A stretch of 64,000 bases of DNA from a virus: IMG/VR virus record IMGVR_UViG_3300032116_015770. One strand, written 5' to 3'. Below the pieces are notes generated by a model. The model was not told where the DNA came from. It searched no databases and saw nothing but the letters and a program-made list of their open reading frames with translations. Shown one piece after another: positions 49,813 through 58,770 of this stretch. Position 1 is the first letter of the stretch, and each line of letters starts with the position of its first letter. Both the position numbers and the translations under genes were made by a program.

Positions 49813-50167
49813 ACGAACGATTGGAGATGTTGAGTGATAAGGTTCGTCGAGGCGAACCGATTGACTTCAGCGAGGCTATTGAGGTTATTGAATATCAGGA
49901 ACAATTGAAACAAGAACGAAAAACAAATTCTTTTGTTAGCCGTGTGCGAAAATTTTTTGGAATAGAATGATGTTTTGGTTGATGATATGCCTGGTCATCT
50001 TGGTCTGGATTCTACGATGAAATATCTCTTCTATCGATTTCTCTATAGACCTCTCATGAAGTTGATGCACCGTTATAATTGGCATCATATGTCGCGTAAC
50101 CCGTATATAGAACCAGGTGTGACTCATCTATGGTGTCATTGGTGTGGTGTACGATCGAAGATAAGAA

Positions 50168-50217
50168 ACCACGAGGATAGTCGTGTTAACTTAAACTAGT
50201 CTTCGTGGGTATTTTTT
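50168..50217 (+). terminator. Hairpin/terminator before the repeat cluster
   Basis: CCACGAGGA/TCTTCGTGG stem followed by a T run. Confidence 0.55.
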
Positions 50218-50341
50218 ATAATGTAAAACGCGCTACGAATGTTTTATAATGCAAAATATTTTACGATGCAAAACGCTGTTAATAATTTTATAATGTAAAA
50301 CCTGTTATTAGAATATAAACTATGGTTTTACGATGCAAAAC
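50214..50341. repeat. Five copies of the quasi-palindrome TTTTAYRATGYAAAA
   Basis: Copies start at 50214, 50242, 50259, 50286 and 50326. Confidence 0.9.
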
Positions 50342-50351
50342 ACCCTGAGAG

Positions 50352-50377
50352 ACCCCACGGATTCTGTGGGGTTTTTT
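50352..50377 (+). terminator. Terminator hairpin of a promoter cassette
   Basis: ACCCCACGG-ATTC-TGTGGGGT followed by a T run. Confidence 0.8.
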
Positions 50378-50391
50378 GTTACGAAAAAAGC

Positions 50392-50420
50392 TTGATTTTG
50401 GTCCCGTTTGCTTCCATAAT
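50392..50420 (+). promoter_or_regulatory. Early promoter with CCCGTTTG spacer motif
   Basis: TTGATT-N17-CATAAT. Confidence 0.78.
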
Positions 50421-50451
50421 AGAGGTACGTTAAGAGATAAGGAGAAACGAG

Positions 50452-50706
50452 ATGAATGAAGCAGAAAAGCGTATGTACGGTATGTCGCAGGAAGACATTC
50501 AAGAGCAGTATATGGATAGCCTGACGGCAAAATTTTGCGGTCTTGAGATGGTGGTAGCCGGTTTGTTGTCCGATACCCAGGAGCTAATGGCCATGGGTGG
50601 TAATGAGAGGAACCCGTTGTTGGATCAAGCTAGGAAGAATCTGAACATCGCGAAGTTCGTGCTGTTCGAGATGATGGATGCTAGACGTGAGAAGGAGGCT
50701 GCATAA
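50452..50706 (+). CDS. Hypothetical early protein
   Basis: AAGGAG SD. Confidence 0.65.
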   Translation: MNEAEKRMYGMSQEDIQEQYMDSLTAKFCGLEMVVAGLLSDTQELMAMGGNERNPLLDQARKNLNIAKFVLFEMMDARREKEAA

Positions 50707-50984
50707 TGAGAATCGAAATCGGCTCAATAGTGACATGGAGTTCAGGCGCCGGCCAATTGCTCGGCGAGGTAGTCAACATGAAGCTGGATATGAATGCTGC
50801 TGATACCATTGTTCCATGGATCGTGATCAGCAGACTCGATACCGGTACTAAGGTGACTCTATGTGGTACTGATCAATATATCAAGATGATGAAGCTGAAA
50901 GTCATCGAGATGGAATTCGAAGAAGAATATGAGCTGGTATCATCTGATGGTACTGTGATTGATTCTTATACGGTGAGGCTCTAA
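50706..50984 (+). CDS. Hypothetical protein
   Basis: GGAGG SD; coupled ORF. Confidence 0.6.
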   Translation: MRIEIGSIVTWSSGAGQLLGEVVNMKLDMNAADTIVPWIVISRLDTGTKVTLCGTDQYIKMMKLKVIEMEFEEEYELVSSDGTVIDSYTVRL

Positions 50985-51138
50985 TGAGCGGCCCGTTGAT
51001 AGCTGAATGTATTCGTGTAATCGCGTACAATGATGTATCACCATCGATTACCGTGTTCGAATCCTATGAGATCAAAGCGGCCTTGAATCTGATCAATACG
51101 TATGTGAAAGATAATATACCCTTTACTGTGGAGTACAA

Positions 51139-51411
51139 ATGAAATCGAAAAAAGCCCTATTTGAAGTGTTGGATATGTATTTTGCTACTAATCGCTTCAC
51201 TACTGATAAATTGAACGCCAAAGGCATCTCCAACGAGACCTATGGTAGGAAGTCCTGCATCTACATCAATTGTGGATTCACCGATTCGCGTAGGGAATTA
51301 GAAAACTTCCTAACCGCACATGGCTTTAAGGTGAACCGCGATTACGATCGAGGCGGTGTACGGACCGAAGTCACCGTATCGTACTTCAGAGGTGAGCGCT
51401 GGTATGTCTAA
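51139..51411 (+). CDS. Hypothetical protein
   Basis: GGAG SD. Confidence 0.6.
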   Translation: MKSKKALFEVLDMYFATNRFTTDKLNAKGISNETYGRKSCIYINCGFTDSRRELENFLTAHGFKVNRDYDRGGVRTEVTVSYFRGERWYV

Positions 51412-51563
51412 TATGTACGGATGCTACTTCTATAACTTCGATATCACTCACTGGTTCGATACCCTTGAACAGGCTAAAGAATATGGTGAGAAAGCCGGAT
51501 TCCAGTATAGTGTTATCAAAAAGATAACGGAAAACACCACAGAAACCGTGGTGTAAATAACAG

Positions 51564-51592
51564 TTGATTTTGGTCCCGTTTGCCTCCATAAT
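51564..51592 (+). promoter_or_regulatory. Early promoter with CCCGTTTG spacer motif
   Basis: TTGATT-N17-CATAAT; nearly identical to the promoter at 50392. Confidence 0.78.
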
Positions 51593-51981
51593 CACCATAT
51601 AGACATTGATTAGGAGGTTAATAAAATGTTAATAAACAAATATTACGAATCTATTAAGATCTACCTGTCGATGCCCAAAGATATGGGTTTCGAGTATATG
51701 GAAGTGATCCTCGACGAGATGGTAGATGAGGGTCGGACGTTTGGTGAGGCTTACGCGTTGTTTGGTGAGATGGTCGATTTTGTGATTGATATGGAGCGTG
51801 TATGATGACTCTAGATGAAATTAACATGGAGCTGAAGGCTCTGGCGGCGTATAACCTGGAGATGGAAACCAAAGCCATCTACGATGAGATGGTCAACGAG
51901 ATGTGTGCTGAATTCGAGATGTTGGAATATGCAGCACGCTCGTATGATGCAGATTGTTTAAGTTACGGGATGAAGTAACAG

Positions 51982-52010
51982 TTGACTCAAAACCCGTTTG
52001 TGACGATAAT
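51982..52010 (+). promoter_or_regulatory. Early promoter with CCCGTTTG spacer motif
   Basis: TTGACT-N17-GATAAT. Confidence 0.75.
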
Positions 52011-52051
52011 CATAGTGTAGTAAATTTTTCAACTTTTTGAGGAGTATCTAA

Positions 52052-52426
52052 ATGACTAAAGTAACTAATCTTTCCAAAGCCACCGAGATGGTAAAAGTAG
52101 CCGTTGAGGCTCGCACCCCTAAAGCCGATATTATAGCTCAATTGGTGGCCGAACTCAATATCTCGAAGGCTAACGCGTTCGTGTACTTCACCAAAGCCTC
52201 GAAAGCTTTAGGGTTCACGATCACTAAAGATAAGGGTGCGACGAAAGTAGCCGCACCTGCTGAAGGTGTCACCGTAGTCAAGGATGGCAAGCGTGTGACT
52301 AAAGCAAAAGTCAAGGAGCTGGCTGATGAACAGAAGGTAGCCGCCTTCTTCGAGAATGCTCAAAAGCGTATAGCAGAGAAGGCTAAAGCTCAACCAGCAT
52401 CGGTCTTCGCAGCATTGGGCGTATAA
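52052..52426 (+). CDS. Basic Ala/Lys-rich protein, possibly DNA-binding
   Basis: GAGGAG SD; own promoter; helical N-terminal domain. Confidence 0.55.
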   Translation: MTKVTNLSKATEMVKVAVEARTPKADIIAQLVAELNISKANAFVYFTKASKALGFTITKDKGATKVAAPAEGVTVVKDGKRVTKAKVKELADEQKVAAFFENAQKRIAEKAKAQPASVFAALGV

Positions 52427-52486
52427 TTATCGCGTGTGAGGCTGGAGGCAATGTCAATAAGTCCTCCACCTAATCCAGAGACTAAT

Positions 52487-52645
52487 ATGAGCGAATTGCA
52501 TATTGAAATTATGGAGCTTCTAGAGAATAGCAAGCTCACCTATCAGCAGATAGCCGATAAACTACAAATACCTCTAGTATGGGTGGAGGCTGTAGAAGAG
52601 AACATTCTGAAGAACTATAATTTAGATAAGGCTGAAAGAATATGA
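52487..52645 (+). CDS. Small HTH-like protein
   Basis: LTYQQIADKLQIPLVWV. Confidence 0.5.
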   Translation: MSELHIEIMELLENSKLTYQQIADKLQIPLVWVEAVEENILKNYNLDKAERI

Positions 52646-52910
52646 AATCATTCCTAATTGAGCTGTTAGCTTTTATAGCCTCTATAGTAGCTATCGGCGG
52701 ACCGTTTTTCTACTACATGTTATTTGTGATGAAGCCGTAAATTAGAGATATGTAGTACAACTTTTCAAAAAAAGTATTGTTACTCTATACAACCAGGTTA
52801 CAGGCATTAACGGTCCTTTAAACACAAAATTTTCCCGCGCGCTATAGTTCACTTCTATAGATCCCGCTATAATACTAATATCTCAAAATTTTTCCGCTCG
52901 CGCTCACACC

Positions 52911-53126
52911 ATGAATGAACGAATTCGACTACTTGCTGAACAGGCTGGATACAAACATCCAGATGCCGTAGGTATGTGTGAAGATTATTCTTATTTTAAC
53001 CATGAAAAGTTCGCCGAGTTGATTGTTCGGGAATGTGCCGATCAATTTAGACTGGTATATACAGATGAACAATATCAACGTAGGATTGACAAAACTATTC
53101 TTAAACATTTTGGACTTTACGAATGA
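52911..53126 (+). CDS. MNERI-type paralog
   Basis: MNERIRLLAEQAG...EKFAELIVRECA...KHFG. Confidence 0.65.
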   Translation: MNERIRLLAEQAGYKHPDAVGMCEDYSYFNHEKFAELIVRECADQFRLVYTDEQYQRRIDKTILKHFGLYE

Positions 53127-53380
53127 ACGATCCATTCAAAGAGATAGCTGATAGAGCACATTTCAATATATACCATAGTGACTTATGGAGTGGGACCGGT
53201 AGACGTTTTGCTGAGATGATTGCTAAGGAATGTGCTGCCTGTTGTGGATCACAGGCCGATAAACGTAACATATTAAAGCGATTTGGAATGCCAGTAGAGT
53301 CTAACGTTCAGTATCCAGGACCTGATCCTCATGGTTCTATTACTTCACAGTATACCAGGGAGTACAATATCCCTAAATGA
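53123..53380 (+). CDS. MNERI-type paralog
   Basis: FAEMIAKECA...KRFG. Confidence 0.6.
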   Translation: MNDPFKEIADRAHFNIYHSDLWSGTGRRFAEMIAKECAACCGSQADKRNILKRFGMPVESNVQYPGPDPHGSITSQYTREYNIPK

Positions 53381-54837
53381 AGGCTATTATTTTTAGTATG
53401 GAAGCACCCATTCCATACCGTAGTTTAGGTGCACATAGAATATCCAGTTTCCTTCGCCAGCATGGTTGGGATATGGAGGTGGTGAACTATGCTAGTTACT
53501 TTACCACCGAAGAGCTAATTCAATTATTTAAATCCAGGTATACTCAGGATTTGAAGTTTATTGGTGTCAGCTGTAACTTTGGTGTGTATGATCAAACGTT
53601 TGATGCGTTTGTCTTTTGGGTCAAGCAATATTATCCTTATGTAAAGATATTGATCGGGGGGCAGTATTTGCCCGAGCATATGACCGAGGCCGCCGATTAC
53701 TTTATAACGGGCTTTGGTGAGAATGCTATGTTAGCCCTCACCAGGTATCTCTTTAGTAACGGGGAATCGGTTAAGTTTAAAATCGGTCGAGGTAAGAAAG
53801 TCATCGACGGTACTGGATTCTATCCTAGTGCGCCGATGAAGGCGTTGTATGTGGAATATGAGAAACGAGACTTTTTGGACCCAGACGAATGGGTGGGGAT
53901 TGAGTTTGGAAGAGGCTGTAAATTCGAATGCCCATACTGTAACTTTCCCATCCTGGGTATTAAAGGTGACTTTACCAGAGATACCGATGACTATCTAAAA
54001 CAAGTTAGACATGCCTACGATAACTACGGTATTAGTAAATATCTGGTGGCCGATGAAACGTTTAATGATACGACCGAAAAGATTATTAAGTTTGCCGATG
54101 CTACCGAACAACTAAACTTCCAACCCTATTATTCCGGATTTGCAAGAGCCGATCTTCTGGTGATTAGAAAAGAAGATCGTGAACATATGGCACGGATGGG
54201 GTTCTTGGGACACTTCTATGGTGTCGAAAGTATGAACCAGGAAACATCTAAAGTGATCGGTAAAGGAATTAAAACCGAACGTCTACAAGATGGCTTACTG
54301 GAGGTGGATAAGTACTTTAGAGATCTAAATCTACCCTATAGAGGCACCCTGGCCCTGGTCGTAGGCCTACCAAAAGAAACCGTGGAGTCTCAGAAGGCTA
54401 CCTTTAAATGGGTAACAGAAAATTGGCTACCTAATCATCATACTCTGTGCTGGGGTCTGGATATACCATCACCAGAAAGTATCGCTCTTAAACCTAGTAA
54501 GATAAGTTTGGATCTACCTAAATACGGATATAAGATTAATCCGGCCATACGGGAAGAAAAACCATACCTGGACTTCCATCTATTCTATAACGATAGCGTA
54601 CCCTGGGAAAGCGAACACTTTAATCATACTACGGCAAAATTAATGGCTGAGGAATTCATGAACAGTATAGACGATCGTAACATGATAGGTAACTTCGATC
54701 TACCTAACTATAGACTACACCCAAGAGATTCTATTGGTAAACGCTTTATTAAAAAGAATGAAGGAATGTCTTCCTTTATAAATTATAACCTCGCCTTTGT
54801 GGATAGATACAAGAGCCGTAAATTAAACTACCAATGA
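53377..54837 (+). CDS. Cobalamin-binding-type radical SAM protein
   Basis: GRGCKFECPYC (CxxxCxxC), N-terminal ILIGG/GFGE domain, ADETF, GVES, GLP.ET. Confidence 0.82.
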   Translation: MKAIIFSMEAPIPYRSLGAHRISSFLRQHGWDMEVVNYASYFTTEELIQLFKSRYTQDLKFIGVSCNFGVYDQTFDAFVFWVKQYYPYVKILIGGQYLPEHMTEAADYFITGFGENAMLALTRYLFSNGESVKFKIGRGKKVIDGTGFYPSAPMKALYVEYEKRDFLDPDEWVGIEFGRGCKFECPYCNFPILGIKGDFTRDTDDYLKQVRHAYDNYGISKYLVADETFNDTTEKIIKFADATEQLNFQPYYSGFARADLLVIRKEDREHMARMGFLGHFYGVESMNQETSKVIGKGIKTERLQDGLLEVDKYFRDLNLPYRGTLALVVGLPKETVESQKATFKWVTENWLPNHHTLCWGLDIPSPESIALKPSKISLDLPKYGYKINPAIREEKPYLDFHLFYNDSVPWESEHFNHTTAKLMAEEFMNSIDDRNMIGNFDLPNYRLHPRDSIGKRFIKKNEGMSSFINYNLAFVDRYKSRKLNYQ

Positions 54838-54960
54838 GACAACTGGCCATCTTCCTTTACTTTCTTTCCTTTCTAACGCTGGCGTTACATAATGGAGATT
54901 GGGTAGGGGTTCTGGTATTACTGTCTCTGTTTCTTCCTTTCTTTTCTTACGCCGAAGAAT

Positions 54961-55245
54961 ATGATCATCCCTAGAGTATCGTCTACGTTACTTAAAGCCG
55001 TATCTATGGACCAGCTACGTAGTTACTGGGTCAAGGAACGTATCGATGAAATGAATCGTGAAAAGCTGGCTGAAGAGCAGTTAAAGTTGATTGGCAACCA
55101 AGAAGCTATTAGAATAATGAGAAATGTTAATTACCAGAAAGATACAGAAGAGTTACGACAGTACGCCTACTACGAAGGTGTAAAAGAGCAACAACTTCTG
55201 GCTCGGTCTACGGTAAGAGGTATCTTTATTGATCGTTATGTGTGA
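54961..55245 (+). CDS. Hypothetical protein
   Basis: ORF track. Confidence 0.55.
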   Translation: MIIPRVSSTLLKAVSMDQLRSYWVKERIDEMNREKLAEEQLKLIGNQEAIRIMRNVNYQKDTEELRQYAYYEGVKEQQLLARSTVRGIFIDRYV

Positions 55246-55251
55246 GGTGTT

Positions 55252-55584
55252 ATGCTAGTCTATACGAAAAATACTTTTAAGAAACCTAAAGGTTACTCTT
55301 CTGCAGCAAGTAAGAAGGCTTTGTTTGAATATGAGCAATGGCTGGCAAAACATAAAACTAATGTTAAGGTAGAGAAGAAAGAATATGTTCCCCCGAAATC
55401 TATTACTCGTCCTACTGTTTTTGTTCCTTCTTTGGATTCTGGTATAGGCAATGCAACGAAACCTATCGAAGGTAAACGCTATACCGGAACTAGTATGATC
55501 GGTATTGCAACGATGCATAAGAGTAATCTGGTACCAGTCTTTCAAGAAGAAAATTGTAAAGAGCTGGCTAAGATGCGCCGATGA
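55252..55584 (+). CDS. Conserved T4-like hypothetical protein
   Basis: YTG..MIGIATMHKSNLVPVF...MRR pattern. Confidence 0.7.
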   Translation: MLVYTKNTFKKPKGYSSAASKKALFEYEQWLAKHKTNVKVEKKEYVPPKSITRPTVFVPSLDSGIGNATKPIEGKRYTGTSMIGIATMHKSNLVPVFQEENCKELAKMRR

Positions 55585-55908
55585 AGTATATAATAGCTAT
55601 ACTGTTTGTAAGCGATACCATTCAGGTAAATTTACAACCTGATCTGTCGTTTAAGACTTATAATGAGTGTTTAATGTTTCAACGCTATATGAATATGAGT
55701 ACACCAGTGAACTCTAATACGGTGTTCTGGTGCGTGAAGAAAAAGTGAGATATTATGAACATTGGTTCTATTGTTATGACAGTCTTGTTTCTCTGGTTTA
55801 TCTTTAAGGGTGAACCAGATATCTTCGATAACGTTCAACGTGCTGCATTTAAAGCTACTGCATCAGTTGCAAAGTAATAAATAATAATTTACACACACAA
55901 TTTAAAAA

Positions 55909-56709
55909 ATGAAAAACTTCTTTTTGGCACTGATGGTGCTTTTTTCTTTTTCTGTTCAAGCCAAATCTAAACACCCTCCCACGCCCAGCTACGATACACT
56001 CTACGTGGCTAATGAATCGAAAAAAGAAACTCTGGTAGACATTAACTCCGATCTAGTCAGACCTATTGCCTCTATTACTAAGCTTATGTCTGCTATCGTC
56101 GTATTGGATAAATGCCAACCTCTGAACGAAAAGCTAGCATTTAAAGGTTCACGCTCATTACCCAGAGGTAAGTATACACGTGAAGAGTTACTATCGGCTA
56201 TGTTAGTAAAATCAGATAACGTGGCTGCAGAAACTTTGGCTAAAAACTACCCCGGGGGTAATCAAGAATTCTACCTACAGATGAATAGAACGGCCGAAAA
56301 GTTAGGTATGAAAGAATCTACCTTTGTAGATGCATCCGGTCTTGGTGGTGGTAATCGTTCTACAGCTAAAGAGCTAACCATACTACTTAAAGAAGCTTAT
56401 CGTTACGATACTATTAAACATATGGCTAGTTCCCCTGTAACACATCTTACAGCAGAGGTACAGCAGAAAAAGAAAAAGAAACTGATTGAAAAAGTTCGTG
56501 AAGTAAAACTGTCTAATACTAGTCACGAGTTGCTAAAAGAATTTAATGAGATTATAATATCTAAAACTGGCACAACCAGTCAAGCAGGTAAATGCCTAGT
56601 CTTACTTGTACGTAAAAATGATGAGTTTTACTCTATAGTAATCCTAGGGGATCAGAGACGTAAACATGTCACTGATACTGCAAAACGTTTATTAACACAA
56701 AGTATCTAA
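55909..56709 (+). CDS. D-Ala-D-Ala peptidase, S11 family (PBP7-like)
   Basis: Signal peptide; SITK, SDN and KTG catalytic motifs. Confidence 0.9.
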   Translation: MKNFFLALMVLFSFSVQAKSKHPPTPSYDTLYVANESKKETLVDINSDLVRPIASITKLMSAIVVLDKCQPLNEKLAFKGSRSLPRGKYTREELLSAMLVKSDNVAAETLAKNYPGGNQEFYLQMNRTAEKLGMKESTFVDASGLGGGNRSTAKELTILLKEAYRYDTIKHMASSPVTHLTAEVQQKKKKKLIEKVREVKLSNTSHELLKEFNEIIISKTGTTSQAGKCLVLLVRKNDEFYSIVILGDQRRKHVTDTAKRLLTQSI

Positions 56710-56710
56710 A

Positions 56711-56935
56711 ATGAATGAAAATGTTTTATCAAGTATTATTTACGCCGCACAGTTTTCAGTAGCTGCAACAATTATTTGTATCGGTGTTATGGTTCTCGCT
56801 GTAACAGCTATTGCACTTAATCAAATGTTTCATAGGTACTGGATACCTGTTAATCTGTTTAAATGGATCAATGAGTCCTTAAGACAGGACGATCCTTCTA
56901 AAAAGAAGGGAACACAAGATAATGGAAAAACTTAA
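56711..56935 (+). CDS. Small membrane protein
   Basis: One TM segment. Confidence 0.55.
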   Translation: MNENVLSSIIYAAQFSVAATIICIGVMVLAVTAIALNQMFHRYWIPVNLFKWINESLRQDDPSKKKGTQDNGKT

Positions 56936-57161
56936 CATCAAAGAGTATCTCGACTCTGTAAAGAATATGGAGTTCTTTACGGTTAAGAAACAATTGTTGG
57001 AGCCGTTACCTTTTAACGGCCCGATCCCTTTCGACATTAAAATCAACAAAGCCGGTGTTGCAGCTTTTAAAGTACTGGCTACCTCTAAAGATGATGCGTT
57101 ACGTAAAGTAGATGATTGGATCAGCGGATTGTATAACGATCCTAGTGAAGACTACTTATAA
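56922..57161 (+). CDS. Hypothetical protein
   Basis: Coupled ORF. Confidence 0.55.
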   Translation: MEKLNIKEYLDSVKNMEFFTVKKQLLEPLPFNGPIPFDIKINKAGVAAFKVLATSKDDALRKVDDWISGLYNDPSEDYL

Positions 57162-57182
57162 AAGTATTAACAAACGTAACAG

Positions 57183-57211
57183 TTGATCGTAACACCGTTT
57201 CCCGCTATAAT
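57183..57211 (+). promoter_or_regulatory. Early promoter (CCGTTT in spacer)
   Basis: GTAACAG-TTGATC-N17-TATAAT. Confidence 0.75.
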
Positions 57212-57233
57212 ATAGGTATAGTGAGGAGATTCT

Positions 57234-57773
57234 ATGTGCTTTAATAAAACCGACCGTAAAGTATCTAGTAACATCTGGATGGCTCAGTCCGTGTTAAATA
57301 ACGACAAGGCTATTCTTATTGCTAAGCTTATAAAGGCAACACTTCCAGAGTACCGTAAGTTACTTAAGTTTCCTAAAGATATAAAGTTTCGAGTCGGACC
57401 TATTAAGAAGCGTACTGCTACAGGTAGGTATTGGAGTAGATCTAAGACGGTAGAGATATGTACTAGTCAAACACCCGAGCAGGCCCTAATATCTCTTGCT
57501 CATGAACTGGTTCATGCCGAACAGTACCATCAAGGGCGCTTACAAAATAAATGGAAAGATAGAATTGGTTGGGTATGTTACTGGAATGGTAAAGTAAATA
57601 AGTCAAGAGGTGCTACTTTTAATAGTTACATGAAGCAGCCTTGGGAAGTGGAAGCATACTCTCGACAAGAGTCACTAGCGCTAGCCGTTCACAACTCAAT
57701 GATTAAAAAGATAGAGAAACAAAATGAGAAAAAGCAATCCCGTACACAAAGACCTAAGAACACCCAAGTATAA
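57234..57773 (+). CDS. Zincin-like metallopeptidase-domain protein
   Basis: AHELVHAEQ and PWEVEA motifs. Confidence 0.72.
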   Translation: MCFNKTDRKVSSNIWMAQSVLNNDKAILIAKLIKATLPEYRKLLKFPKDIKFRVGPIKKRTATGRYWSRSKTVEICTSQTPEQALISLAHELVHAEQYHQGRLQNKWKDRIGWVCYWNGKVNKSRGATFNSYMKQPWEVEAYSRQESLALAVHNSMIKKIEKQNEKKQSRTQRPKNTQV

Positions 57774-57840
57774 GATGCGGGTTGTTAAGTCTAAGAAAGT
57801 GTATAAACGAAAAGTTAAACATAGAGGCTACGATGAGTAA
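57724..57840 (+). CDS. Small basic protein, ArfA-like
   Basis: Translated by hand: MRKSNPVHKDLRTPKYKMRVVKSKKVYKRKVKHRGYDE. Confidence 0.5.
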   Translation: MRKSNPVHKDLRTPKYKMRVVKSKKVYKRKVKHRGYDE

Positions 57841-58441
57841 CTTTATTGTAGAACGCTACATAAATTCCGGTTTATGTGATGATATTGTAAAGAATTTTAA
57901 CGAGAGTAACCCTTCATGGACTAATTCTACCCGTGGCTACTGGTTAGTATCTAGTAATCACATGGATCAAGACCTTATGATGAGGTACAAACGTGAAATT
58001 TTTAAACATCTACAGTTCTATAAGGAAGTTTTTCCAGCCGCCTTTGAGGGTTTTGCGGCTTTACAGCTAACTGAACCGTTTAACGTGCAAAGATACGAAC
58101 CAAATCAGTTTTATTCACGGTGGCACTGTGAAAATAACGGTCATCAGGCGTTTCAAACCCGGGTTCTTGCGTTCATGACGTATTTGAACACAGTAGATGA
58201 TGGGGGTGAGACGGAATTTATGTTCCAAGACATGAAAACCCGGGCAAAAAAGGGTAAAACATTGATTTGGCCTGCATATTTTACACATACACACCGTGGT
58301 ATCCCTTCTCCAACACAAAATAAGTACATAATTACTGGTTGGGTAGAGGTTGCCCCATGGGAAGACATTGACTTAGATGAAAGTGATGAGGATTTTTACA
58401 AAAAATTGGATACTATTGACACTGTTTCGAGGTTTCTATAA
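57833..58441 (+). CDS. 2OG-Fe(II) oxygenase
   Basis: WHCE, YLNTVDDGGET, THTHRG, KYIITGW motifs. Confidence 0.88.
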   Translation: MSNFIVERYINSGLCDDIVKNFNESNPSWTNSTRGYWLVSSNHMDQDLMMRYKREIFKHLQFYKEVFPAAFEGFAALQLTEPFNVQRYEPNQFYSRWHCENNGHQAFQTRVLAFMTYLNTVDDGGETEFMFQDMKTRAKKGKTLIWPAYFTHTHRGIPSPTQNKYIITGWVEVAPWEDIDLDESDEDFYKKLDTIDTVSRFL

Positions 58442-58707
58442 TGATTGAGATGAATAAACAGCATGATGAAGTGTTACTCATACTTCAAGAAGAGTGTGCA
58501 GAGCTTATTCAAGCCATCTGTAAAGTAAAACGTTTCGGGTTACAAGAAAACAAGGAGAATCTGTTACAAGAGATTGCTGATGTACTTTGTATGATTAATT
58601 TAGTATACGATAAAGGTGTTTTAGAAAAAGACGAAGATATGTTACGTGAACGTATTACGGTTAAAGCAGAACGTTTAAAAATTTATTCCGATATCTTTAA
58701 GACGTAA
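58441..58707 (+). CDS. MazG-like NTP pyrophosphohydrolase
   Basis: QEECAELIQ...EIADV motifs. Confidence 0.78.
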   Translation: MIEMNKQHDEVLLILQEECAELIQAICKVKRFGLQENKENLLQEIADVLCMINLVYDKGVLEKDEDMLRERITVKAERLKIYSDIFKT

Positions 58708-58710
58708 CCA

Positions 58711-58739
58711 TTGATTTTGTCAGGCGACCGCTATATAAT
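58711..58739 (+). promoter_or_regulatory. Sigma70-type promoter
   Basis: TTGATT-N17-TATAAT. Confidence 0.75.
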
Positions 58740-58770
58740 GTACATGTAGTTAATTGATAAAGGATATATT

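Noticed and set aside
50214-50341. CRISPR array
   Set aside because: Repeats are only 15-16 nt, the gaps are 1-24 nt and irregular, and no cas genes are present.
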